In this document: piece by piece, positions 45,528 to 53,863 of the stretch
How positions within the stretch are numbered: the first letter of the stretch is position 1
Layout: every line of letters starts with the position of its first letter
Assembly (NCBI GenBank): GCA_964457855.1
Contig: CAYWEO010000002.1
Location: 9,015-73,014, forward strand
Direction of reading: 5' to 3'
Source: an uncultured Opitutales bacterium
GTDB taxonomy: Bacteria > Verrucomicrobiota > Verrucomicrobiia > Opitutales > CAYWEO01
Length of the DNA: 64,000 nucleotides
Notes under the pieces: generated by a model
The model's database searches: none
Told to the model about the DNA's origin: nothing
What the model saw: only the letters and a program-made list of their open reading frames with translations
Program-made: the position numbers and the translations under genes

Positions 45528-45812
45528 TCGGAAAACTTTCTTTTCAGAAGAAAAGAAGAGTTTTCCGAACCTTTCAAAGAAAAGTCATATCGGAAGGCAT
45601 TTTAGTTCGGCCTTACAGGCCAAACTAAAATGCCTTCCGAACTAAGAGTTTGTTTTGGCCAAAATTTTTGCGCCTTATGGACGTAGGGAACCGCACGATT
45701 TTGAGATGACGAGCAGGCGCGCGAGGACGAGATGCCTGAGCGTACTAACGTACGTGATGGCATCGAGATCCGATGCGCAACGAACTCGCCGCTCAAAATC
45801 GTGCGTTCCCTA
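45528..45812 (+). repeat. repeat locus R13: H1 (45528-45569), H2 apex variant (45590-45640), degenerate H3, FB-alpha (45684-45812) overlapping the recombinase 3' end
   Basis: FB arms TAGGGAACCGCACGATTTTGAG (45684-45705) / CTCAAAATCGTGCGTTCCCTA (45792-45812). The right arm contains the stop (45793-45795) and the last 5-6 codons. Confidence 0.9.
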
Positions 45813-46704
45813 GTGGATGGCAATCGCGGTATGCCTGCACGAGGTTTTTCGTGGAGAGGGAGGTATAGATTTGGGTAGTGGCGATGTTGGCATGGCCGAG
45901 CATTTCCTGAATGGCGCGGAGATCGGCTCCGTTGGTGAGGAGGTGGGTGGCGAAGGAATGTCGGAGCATGTGGGGTTTGAGGTTTTTTTGAATGCCGAGT
46001 TGTTGGGCGTAGTGTTTGATGAGGGCCCAAACCGTCTTTCTGGAAATGGCTCTTCCTCGTTGAGTCAGAAAGACTTTCGCATTTGTCCAACGTTTGACAA
46101 ATTGCGGGCGCGCAACGGTTAAGTAGTTTTTAAGTGCCGTGATGGCCTGGGAACCGATGGGAATGATCCGCTCTTTGCTGCCCTTTCCCATGACGAGAAC
46201 GTATTGGGGATCGAAGTGAACGTGCGTGAGGTCGAGTTCGCAGAGTTCCGTTACGCGCAACCCGCTGCTGTACATGAGTTCGAAGATCGCGCGGTCCCGG
46301 ATACCCTCGTTTGAGTGAAGATTCGGGGCGTTTAACAAGCGCGCAATGTCTTCTACGGAAACGACTTCTGGCAAACGGCGTACCGTCTTTGGATTGCGAA
46401 ATTCTGCCAGAAAACTCTTCTCTAAAACGTTCTCTTGGATTAAGTAACGAATGAGGGTCCGTGCGGCGGATAATTTTCTTGAAATCGTTGTGGAGCAGCA
46501 ACTTGCGTCCATCAACTGCGACATCCATAGCGAAATGTCATTCGGTGATACGTCTTCCCAGCGAGACTTTTTTTGCTGCAATAGAAAAGCGACCAACTGC
46601 TCCAAATCCTTGCCGTAGCTTTGAAGTGTGTTCTTGGACAAACCACGCTCAAGGCCGAGAAACGCCAGAAACGCGCCCACAGACTTCTGTAAAATCGATT
46701 GCAT
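45793..46704 (-). CDS. XerC/XerD-family tyrosine recombinase
   Basis: C-terminal catalytic region HMLRHSFATHLLTNGADLRAIQEMLGHANIATTQIYT. Start trimmed to ATG 46704 (MQSILQKSVGAFLAFL) because 46722-46820 is repeat sequence. Confidence 0.9.
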   Translation of the reverse strand: MQSILQKSVGAFLAFLGLERGLSKNTLQSYGKDLEQLVAFLLQQKKSRWEDVSPNDISLWMSQLMDASCCSTTISRKLSAARTLIRYLIQENVLEKSFLAEFRNPKTVRRLPEVVSVEDIARLLNAPNLHSNEGIRDRAIFELMYSSGLRVTELCELDLTHVHFDPQYVLVMGKGSKERIIPIGSQAITALKNYLTVARPQFVKRWTNAKVFLTQRGRAISRKTVWALIKHYAQQLGIQKNLKPHMLRHSFATHLLTNGADLRAIQEMLGHANIATTQIYTSLSTKNLVQAYRDCHPLGNARF

Positions 46705-46721
46705 GTGATTGTTTGGTTTTT

Positions 46722-46820
46722 CCGGGAAACCCCCTTTTTTATAAAAAAGGGGGTTTCCCGATACCGCTTTTCTTTTGAAGGTTCGGAAACTTTTTCTGTT
46801 CTGGAACAGAAAAGTTTCCG
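46722..46820 (-). repeat. repeat locus R14: H3 variant (46722-46760), linker, H1 (46782-46820), with H2 missing
   Basis: CCGGGAAACCCCCTTTTTTATAAAAAAGGGGGTTTCCCG, then ATACCGCTTTTCTTTTGAAGG, then TTCGGAAACTTTTTCTGTTC/GAACAGAAAAGTTTCCG. Confidence 0.9.
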
Positions 46821-46840
46821 CATATACCCCCACCAGCCTA

Positions 46841-47638
46841 TCACTGTATGCGGACCCAGCCGCGTCCTATTTGATTGGGCTTCAGCTGTTTACCGTCGCT
46901 TCCCTCGATGATGAGGTGGGAGCCGTCAGAGAATAAAACTTGTACGGGGCCCGATTTTGTAATGACTTTTCGGGTGTTGCTATGTAGGACGCCGGCGAAG
47001 ATGTGTTTTTTGTCAGACTCTTGCCGCACAACGACATGGACGTCTCCCGTGCTGTACAAAACGATGGATTCAGCAGCAGATTGACCGGAAGCAAAATTGG
47101 TTTGCTGACGATAGGGCTCTCTCGTTTCTGCCGCCAATTGCTTCGAATGGGCCGGGAAAAACATCCATTTGATCATGAAAATGAACAAAACGAATGCCAA
47201 TACGCATCCCGCCAAAAGCCACTTAAAGTACGTCTGCTGAGAGAGTTGCGAAAGAATATCGGCAATGCTCTCACGCTGACCCCCATGTTGCGATTCTTTA
47301 TCGCCCTGAGGATTCTCATGCGGATGGTTAGGGACTTCTAACGCAAGCTGCTGCATCCACTCGCTTTTCGTCAAACGCTGCTTTGACGGCTTCTTCACAC
47401 CCCCAGAAATAACCGAATCGTAGTTCGCAAGCACGTTGCTTGTATCCAAACCCAGGAAATTCGAATAGTTTTTGATAAATCCACGCTTGTAAATGTCAGG
47501 CAAAGGGATGTCGAAGTCGTTGTTCTCGAACGCTTCTAGGAAATCCTTGCGAATCTTCGTGGCGTCCGCAACATCCTTCATTGAAAGATTCTTGTGCTTC
47601 CTCGCTTGCTCGAAAAGCTCTCCTATTGACTCATGCAT
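46841..47638 (-). CDS. RodZ-like cytoskeletal protein (HTH plus TM plus C-terminal domain)
   Basis: N-terminal XRE-type HTH (IGELFEQARKHKNLSMKDVADATKIRKDFLEAFE) and a central TM (WLLAGCVLAFVLFIFMI). Start trimmed to ATG 47638 to exclude the repeats. Confidence 0.7.
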   Translation of the reverse strand: MHESIGELFEQARKHKNLSMKDVADATKIRKDFLEAFENNDFDIPLPDIYKRGFIKNYSNFLGLDTSNVLANYDSVISGGVKKPSKQRLTKSEWMQQLALEVPNHPHENPQGDKESQHGGQRESIADILSQLSQQTYFKWLLAGCVLAFVLFIFMIKWMFFPAHSKQLAAETREPYRQQTNFASGQSAAESIVLYSTGDVHVVVRQESDKKHIFAGVLHSNTRKVITKSGPVQVLFSDGSHLIIEGSDGKQLKPNQIGRGWVRIQ

Positions 47639-47680
47639 AACTTGGTAGAAAAACACCGTTTTTGGAGAGTTGCAACAATA

Positions 47681-47831
47681 TTCGGGAACCTTCAAAGAAA
47701 AGCATATCGAAAGGCATTTTTGTGGCACTAAGCGCCACAAAAATGCCTTTCTAACGAGAGTTTTTAAGGGGGAGGTCCATAGAATCAATTTTATATACGA
47801 CGGCATCGATTTTGAGCGGCGAGTTCGCTGC
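47681..47831 (+). repeat. repeat locus R15: half H1, H2 variant (47707-47752), half H3, truncated FB-alpha end (47802-47831) abutting the parB stop
   Basis: TCGAAAGGCATTTTTGTGGC...GCCACAAAAATGCCTTTC, and GGCATCGATTTTGAGCGGCGAGTTCGCTGC, which matches the FB-alpha terminus. Confidence 0.8.
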
Positions 47832-47835
47832 TGTC

Positions 47836-48792
47836 TCATACTCCGAAGACTTTCAAAATCCTTTGCAACTCATCATGTCCGGAGAAGTCGATGATAATGC
47901 GACCGCCTTGGGCGGAAGGCTTGAGGGTAACGGGGGTATTGAGCTTTTGGCAAATCTTTTTCTCGAGGTGCTTGAAGGCGTTGAGGCTTTCGCTGTGCGG
48001 ATTTGGAGGGGGCTGAGAGGGATTTTTGATGCGTTGGACGTAGAGTTCTGTTTCGCGGACGGAGAGGTTGGATTCGGTGATTTTTTTAGCAATAGCGTGT
48101 TGTTGATCAACGTCTTCCAGTGAGAGGAGGACCTTTGCGTGACCAGCAGATAGTTGGGAGGACGCGATGAGGTTCTGGATCTGCGGACTGAGGTTGAGGA
48201 GGCGAATGGAGTTGGCGATAGTTGAGCGGTCTTTCCCAACGCGTTGGGCGAGAACGTCTTGCGTGATGCCGAAATCCTTCATAAAAGTGGAAAATGCGAG
48301 AGCCTCTTCGATGGGATCAAGTTGCTCGCGTTGGAGATTTTCGACGAGCGAAAGGATAGCGGACGTGCTGTCATTAGCGGTCAGAATCCTCGCCAGAATC
48401 GTTTCCGTTGCGAGCAGTCGGCAGGCCTGCAAACGTCTTTCTCCCGCAATGAGTTCGTAGCGGTCATCGCCCATTTTTCGCACAACGATGGGCTGCAAGA
48501 GGCCCTCATGCTGGATGTTGTGCGCAAGTTCTTGGAGCTTAAGGGGATCGATGTGCTTGCGTGGTTGGTGGGGATTCGCTTGGATGGCGCTGATAGAAAT
48601 CTCAATGCATTGTGGATCTTGCGGTTGAGGAATTTTTTTCTCCTTCTCAAAAAGCGTTGAATGATCAACATCACCCGAATTTGTCAAACAACCGCTCGTT
48701 TCGCGAACCACCATCGTATCTGGCAAATCCTGCGGTAAACCTTTGTGAATCAAGCTGGAAAGTCCTCTTCCTAATCGCGTTTTTTTAGACAT
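47836..48792 (-). CDS. parB: chromosome partitioning protein ParB
   Basis: GRGLSSLI, ParB box LQPIVVRK...YELIAGERR, and HTH region QDVLAQRVGKDRSTIANSIRLL. There is no adjacent parA. Confidence 0.9.
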   Translation of the reverse strand: MSKKTRLGRGLSSLIHKGLPQDLPDTMVVRETSGCLTNSGDVDHSTLFEKEKKIPQPQDPQCIEISISAIQANPHQPRKHIDPLKLQELAHNIQHEGLLQPIVVRKMGDDRYELIAGERRLQACRLLATETILARILTANDSTSAILSLVENLQREQLDPIEEALAFSTFMKDFGITQDVLAQRVGKDRSTIANSIRLLNLSPQIQNLIASSQLSAGHAKVLLSLEDVDQQHAIAKKITESNLSVRETELYVQRIKNPSQPPPNPHSESLNAFKHLEKKICQKLNTPVTLKPSAQGGRIIIDFSGHDELQRILKVFGV

Positions 48793-48795
48793 AAA

Positions 48796-49413
48796 TTATG
48801 ACCTTTTTTGCGGAATAAAAATCACCTGGCCAACGCGAATTTTGCTCGGGTGCGCAATCCGATTGGCGTTTAAAATATCTTTTGATCGAGACTTCTGTTT
48901 ACGCGCGATCGAGGCAATGGTATCCCCCTTCTGCACAGTGTACGCGAACCCCTCCCGCGGATAGTCGTCAGAAAACACCTTTGTTGCGGCCGTCTCACTG
49001 TGGTGGCTGGTCATTGCGGCAGGTACCGTGACAGCTTTCGCGAGGCTCTGGATGGCGTTTTGCGTCTGTCGTGCAAGATCTTGCAAGGCAACTCTCTGCG
49101 CCTGGTCAGTCGCTTGCAGTTTCGTCGCCAACGACTCAATTTTCACCTGCATCGTTTGACTTTGACCCTCTACAATCTCCCCATGCTTTTCCTGCAACCG
49201 CTGAACCGACTGAAGCAACTGCTGCTGACTGTTCTGACAATTCTCCAACTTCATGGACATTTCATTAACCCGTTGATTGAGCGCATTAAAGTCCTCCCTT
49301 AAATCCGCCAAATCAGAACTTTTTACCCGCGTCGGCTCAGCGAGATTCGAAAAAAGCCCCCCCCATGAACCTAGCAACCCACTCACAACAATCGCCCACC
49401 CATTCATCCTCAT
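48796..49413 (-). CDS. LysM-domain protein with an N-terminal anchor and coiled coil
   Basis: C-terminal LysM (YTVQKGDTIASIARKQKSRSKDILNANRIAHPSKIRVGQVIFIP). Start set at ATG 49413; an alternative is 49407. Confidence 0.75.
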   Translation of the reverse strand: MRMNGWAIVVSGLLGSWGGLFSNLAEPTRVKSSDLADLREDFNALNQRVNEMSMKLENCQNSQQQLLQSVQRLQEKHGEIVEGQSQTMQVKIESLATKLQATDQAQRVALQDLARQTQNAIQSLAKAVTVPAAMTSHHSETAATKVFSDDYPREGFAYTVQKGDTIASIARKQKSRSKDILNANRIAHPSKIRVGQVIFIPQKRS

Positions 49414-49506
49414 AAATTCATCCTTAAATAAAAATCGAAACACGATCGTAAAGGACCCCAAACCGCAATGTCAACCCCAGAGCACGAGAGGGAGGAGAAG
49501 AAAATA

Positions 49507-49746
49507 TTTCTGGAACCTTTGTTTTCACGAGAAAACAAAATGTTCATGAACCCTCCAAAGAAAAGCGGTATTTTTACACAAAAGCGCAAAAAAGGGCTCC
49601 AAAAAAACTTATCCAAGAGACACCGTAGTAAGTTCGAGATGATAGGGACGGCTACGGGAAAATTTTAACCCTCGAGAGTACTGTAACGTGACGGGGTTGG
49701 AATTTTCCTGTAACGGCACCCTAGCGCTCGAAATCGCTACGGTGTC
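49507..49746 (+). repeat. repeat locus R16: degenerate H1 (49507-49550), linker, FB-beta (49619-49746) overlapping the glgB stop
   Basis: Arms GACACCGTAG (49619-49628) / CTACGGTGTC (49737-49746). The apex variant is TCGAGAGTACTGTAACGTGACGG. Confidence 0.85.
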
Positions 49747-51647
49747 CCCTTATACCTTAAAACCACCGTCGTGAGCGGCGGCAGCATTAAATTGATGGAA
49801 AACGGTTGATCGTTCCAGGTGAGGGGGTTAGTGGGGGTTGCGGTGGAGTTTCCGGTGCCGGAACCTGCGTATTCGACAGCATTGGTGTTGAGGATTTCTT
49901 GCCAGTTACCTGCGTGGGGGACGCCGATGCGGTATTCCCAGCGAATAACGGGGGTAAAATTGCCGACAACGAGGAGGGTCTCCTGCGGTTGATTGCCGAG
50001 ACGTAAATAGCTGAGAACGCTGTTATCGACATCATTGGGGTTAACCCATTGGAATCCAGAGGGTTTCTGGTCGGTTTCTGCCAAGAAGGAGTACTTACGG
50101 TAAAGGCAATTCAGATCAGCGACAACGCGTTGAATACCAGCATGATCTGCGTACTCCAAAAGATGCCAATCGAGACTGGATTGTTCGTTCCACTCGGACG
50201 TTTGGCCGAATTCTGAGCCCATGAAGAGGCATTTTTTCCCCGGCCAAGTCCACATGTAGGCGTAAAGAGCGCGCAACGTCTGCGCCTTTTCGGCAATCGA
50301 TAAGGATCCCATTTTCGTGATGAGGGAGCCCTTTCCGTGAACAACTTCGTCGTGCGAGAGGGTTGAGATGAAGTTCTCAGAGTCATGATAAAGTCTTTCG
50401 AAAGTCAGCAGATTGTGCTCGAATTTGCGGTAAATAGGGTCCCTTGAGAAATACTTTAGTGTGTCGTGCATCCAACCCATGTTCCACTTGAAATCGAACC
50501 CAAGTCCGTGATCGGACGTGGGATGCGAAACGCGCCCAAAAGAAGTGGATTCCTCCGCTATCATAAGGGATCCGGGATGGTATTTATGCACTAAGTCGTT
50601 GACTGTACGCAAAAATTCGATCGCATCAATATTTTCCTTTCCGCCGTAACGATTGGGAATCCATTCCCCCTCTTGCCTGGAATAATTTAGGTACAGCATC
50701 GAAGCAACGGCATCCACACGCATGCCATCGATGTGGAAGCGATCAAACCACGACAAAGCACTCCCAATCAGGAAGTTACGCACTTCGTTTCGCCCATAAT
50801 TAAAGATCAGCGTCCCCCAATCCTGATGCTCTCCCTGGCGCGGATCCTCGTGTTCGTATAGACATGTCCCATCAAATTGTGCGAGCGCAAAAAAATCTTT
50901 CGGAAAATGCCCAGGTACCCAATCCATGATAACCCCAATGCCGTTTTGATGCAGCACATCAACGAGATACATGAAATCCTGCGGAGTCCCATACCGGTGC
51001 GTTGGTGCAAAAAACCCCGTCACTTGATACCCCCAAGAGCCCGAAAACGGATGCTCTGCCAACGGTAAAAATTCAACGTGCGTAAAGCCCATCTCCTTCA
51101 CGTACTGCGCAAGCTCGTCCGCCACTTCCGGGTACAAAAATGGCCGATTTCCGTCCTCAACCACGCGTTTCCAAGAGCCCAAATGCACCTCGTAAATAGA
51201 AATGGGTTGCTGTTGCCAATCCTTTGTCTGAGAACGCTTTTCGATCCATTCGTCGTCCCCCCAGGTGTAGTTCGAAACGTCGCAAATAATCGATGCATTA
51301 AACGGCGGGGATTCGAAATAAGTCGCATACGGATCGCTCTTTAACACCAGTTGATTGTGCGCATTGATCAACTCGTACTTGTATTTCATACCCGCCTCAA
51401 GCCCCGAAATGAACAACTCCCACAACCCCGATCCTACCCGATGCATGAGATTGCGACGCCCATCCCAATGGTTGAAATCGCCTACAACCGAAACCCTCTT
51501 CGCATTCGGCGCCCAAACAACGAACGCAACTCCTTGCACACCATCAACAAAACGAACGTGCGCCCCTAACTTCCGATACGCGTGATGATACGTCCCCTCA
51601 TGAAACAAATAAATCTCCTCCTGAGAAAGCGTTTGACTCCTATGCAC
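49737..51647 (-). CDS. glgB: 1,4-alpha-glucan branching enzyme
   Basis: 636 aa with GH13 motifs (DWVPGHF, GMRVDAVASM, EESTSF, LSHDEVVHGK). Confidence 0.95.
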   Translation of the reverse strand: MHRSQTLSQEEIYLFHEGTYHHAYRKLGAHVRFVDGVQGVAFVVWAPNAKRVSVVGDFNHWDGRRNLMHRVGSGLWELFISGLEAGMKYKYELINAHNQLVLKSDPYATYFESPPFNASIICDVSNYTWGDDEWIEKRSQTKDWQQQPISIYEVHLGSWKRVVEDGNRPFLYPEVADELAQYVKEMGFTHVEFLPLAEHPFSGSWGYQVTGFFAPTHRYGTPQDFMYLVDVLHQNGIGVIMDWVPGHFPKDFFALAQFDGTCLYEHEDPRQGEHQDWGTLIFNYGRNEVRNFLIGSALSWFDRFHIDGMRVDAVASMLYLNYSRQEGEWIPNRYGGKENIDAIEFLRTVNDLVHKYHPGSLMIAEESTSFGRVSHPTSDHGLGFDFKWNMGWMHDTLKYFSRDPIYRKFEHNLLTFERLYHDSENFISTLSHDEVVHGKGSLITKMGSLSIAEKAQTLRALYAYMWTWPGKKCLFMGSEFGQTSEWNEQSSLDWHLLEYADHAGIQRVVADLNCLYRKYSFLAETDQKPSGFQWVNPNDVDNSVLSYLRLGNQPQETLLVVGNFTPVIRWEYRIGVPHAGNWQEILNTNAVEYAGSGTGNSTATPTNPLTWNDQPFSINLMLPPLTTVVLRYKGTP

Positions 51648-51695
51648 ACTTTAAAGTATGTTATGTCTTTTGTTAATTTGCAATCATTTAATGCC

Positions 51696-52016
51696 TCGGA
51701 AACTTTTCTGTTCCAGAACAGAAAAAGTTTCCGAACCTTCAAAAGAAAAGCGATATCGGAAGGCATTTTTTGGCACTACGTGCCAAAAAATGCCTTCCGA
51801 ACAAAGATTTTTTTGGAAAGGGTCCAGGGAAACCTATTTTTTGCAAAAAATGGTTTTTTCGGCACAAAACATCTAAAAACAACGAACCAAAGGACGCCGT
51901 AGTAAGTTCGAGATGACGAGCAGGCGCGCGAGGATTTTAACCCCTGAGCGTATTGTAATACGTGATGGGGTTGAAATTTGAGCGCAACGAACTCGCCGCT
52001 CGAAATCGCTACGGCG
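51696..52016 (+). repeat. repeat locus R17: the full four-module array H1 (51696-51735), H2 (51756-51800), H3 (51824-51862), FB alpha/beta chimera (51905-52016)
   Basis: All modules lie in canonical order between the divergent glgB and dnaG starts. The FB ends 8 nt before the dnaG ATG. Confidence 0.95.
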
Positions 52017-52023
52017 AAGAAAT

Positions 52024-53859
52024 ATGCCGCTTATAAAGCGTAGTACGATCGACGATATCAAGCAGAGAGTGAACATTTTTGATGTTGTTTCTGCGTATGT
52101 GACGTTGAAGCGAGTGGGGTCGAGTTGGAAGGGATTGAGTCCATTTACGCATGAGAAGACGGCGTCGTTTTTCGTGCATCCGGAGAAGGGTCTTTTCAAG
52201 TGTTTTAGCAGTAATTGCGCTGGGGACGTGTTTCGGTTTATCCAGTTGAAGGAGAATGTTTCGTTTCAGGAGGCAGTGGAGATTTTGGCGAAACGTTTCA
52301 ATATCACGGTGGAGTACGAGCAGTCTGGACATGACAATTTTGATTCGGCGCAACAGCAATCGGCGAAGGGGGACATTTATGGCTTGTATGAGTTTGCGGT
52401 GCAGTTTTTTCAACAGCAGTTCTTGGCGAAAAACGACGTTGCGGAAAGCGTTCGGTCGTATTGGGTTAACGAGAGGAAGTTGGCGCTGAAAACGGCAGAG
52501 GCGTACAAGATTGGATTTGCGCCGGTTGATGGCCAAGTATTTGTCAAGCAAGCACTTGCAAAGGGATATTCTCGGCAGGCAATCGAGCAATCGGGATTGT
52601 TTTTTTATTCGTCGAAAACGGAACAATTTTATTCGCGGTTTCGTGGGCGCCTGATGATTCCTATTCGGGATATCCAGGGACGTCCGATCGCGTTCTCTGC
52701 GAGGCAGCTTTTTTGTACGCCTAAGGAAGATCCCTCGTACGACGCGAAATACATCAATTCTCCGGAAACGCCTATCTTCATCAAGGGCAACACGTTATTT
52801 AACATCGATGTCGCGCGTAAGCACATCCAAGAGACGAACTTTTTCGTGCTCGTTGAGGGGCAAATCGACGCGATGCGGTGTTGGGAATGCGGGATTTTGA
52901 CGGCGGTGGCGCCACAGGGGACGGCGATTACGGATCAGCAGTTGCAACTGCTGCATCGGTATTGCGGATCTGTGAGGTGTTTTTTAGATGGCGATGGCGC
53001 AGGGCAAAAAGCGGCCTTGCGGGCTTTGCCGATGGCGCTCAAGTGGGGGATTGAGATGACCTTTCTTCCGCTTCCGGAGAAAACCGATCCAGACGCCTTT
53101 TTATTGGCCAATGGGAAGGCCGGATTGGATATTTTGTCGAAAAATCAGCAGAGGCCAATGCAATTTGCGACAAACGCCCTTTTTTCGGGTGTCGATTCTC
53201 CGATTCAGAAGCAAAAGGCTCTGCAGAGTATTTTTGAAATAATTTTGCAATGCGGCTCCAAAGTTTTGCAAAAAGACTATCTGGCGGACGTTTCCGAGAC
53301 TATTTGCGTTGATAAGCAAGCACTTGAGAGCGATTTTCTCGTATTTTCGCAGGGGAAAAACCGAAAAGATCTTGCTCAACAAGACTATTTTTTTCAAAAA
53401 CAACCAAACTCAAAATTGACAAGTGTTGAATATCAGCTTTTGTTATTATTACTGAACTATGAAAACCTTGTCAAAAGCATTGTCACCAACCTTCACCCAG
53501 ATTGGTTATCGCCAGGGGACCTATATTCAAAATTGCTTATACGTGCCTTGGCGGTTCTTCATCAGGACCCTGATGACAACCCCGATCCCCATTCCCTTAT
53601 TCAACGTATTGCGGAGGGAGAGGAAGAAAAAAACGTTCTTTATCTCATTTTCGAAGAACAACCTCAGTTTGAGGACCCAAAAGCTGTAGCCAACCTGTGT
53701 ATTCAAGCTGTCTACAAAAATCACTTAAAGGAACGCATCGCTCAGATTGATCGGGAAATTGCTTCCCTTCCACCGGGTAGCGAAAACCTAAAAGCTCTTC
53801 AAGCAGAACGCCTTCAATTAAGAAAATTACTTCACTCTCCATTACCGAATATTCTCTAA
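52024..53859 (+). CDS. dnaG: DNA primase
   Basis: N-terminal zinc-ribbon region (degenerate, see findings), RNA polymerase core ([11 protein letters not shown]), and TOPRIM ([10 protein letters not shown] ... [11 protein letters not shown]). Confidence 0.9.
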   Translation: MPLIKRSTIDDIKQRVNIFDVVSAYVTLKRVGSSWKGLSPFTHEKTASFFVHPEKGLFKCFSSNCAGDVFRFIQLKENVSFQEAVEILAKRFNITVEYEQSGHDNFDSAQQQSAKGDIYGLYEFAVQFFQQQFLAKNDVAESVRSYWVNERKLALKTAEAYKIGFAPVDGQVFVKQALAKGYSRQAIEQSGLFFYSSKTEQFYSRFRGRLMIPIRDIQGRPIAFSARQLFCTPKEDPSYDAKYINSPETPIFIKGNTLFNIDVARKHIQETNFFVLVEGQIDAMRCWECGILTAVAPQGTAITDQQLQLLHRYCGSVRCFLDGDGAGQKAALRALPMALKWGIEMTFLPLPEKTDPDAFLLANGKAGLDILSKNQQRPMQFATNALFSGVDSPIQKQKALQSIFEIILQCGSKVLQKDYLADVSETICVDKQALESDFLVFSQGKNRKDLAQQDYFFQKQPNSKLTSVEYQLLLLLLNYENLVKSIVTNLHPDWLSPGDLYSKLLIRALAVLHQDPDDNPDPHSLIQRIAEGEEEKNVLYLIFEEQPQFEDPKAVANLCIQAVYKNHLKERIAQIDREIASLPPGSENLKALQAERLQLRKLLHSPLPNIL

Positions 53860-53863
53860 ATTT

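Noticed and set aside
45730-45752. The FB apex contains TACTAAC, identical to the yeast intron branch-point box. That raises the idea of an intron-like or retron-like RNA.
   Set aside because: A 7-nt match has no supporting intron domains, no reverse transcriptase or maturase nearby, and occurs in a bacterial multi-copy palindrome. I treat it as coincidence.
45684-45812. Whether the FB elements could be integron attC sites. attC sites are imperfect palindromes that overlap the 3' ends of genes.
   Set aside because: The flanked genes are core housekeeping genes and tRNAs in mixed orientations, not promoterless cassettes. I see no RYYYAAC/GTTRRRY core sites and no intI. The conserved part is the centre, whereas in attC the conserved part is the ends.
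49619-49746. Counting the glgB 3' end as another strong case of a gene end mirrored in an FB outer arm.
   Set aside because: The 10-bp arms GACACCGTAG/CTACGGTGTC are mostly the semi-conserved FB terminus (CCGTAG/CTACGG). Only about 4 nt (TGTC) are locus-specific, which is too little to count as independent evidence. It is, however, notable that the glgB and xseB stops both fall on the CTA of that terminus.
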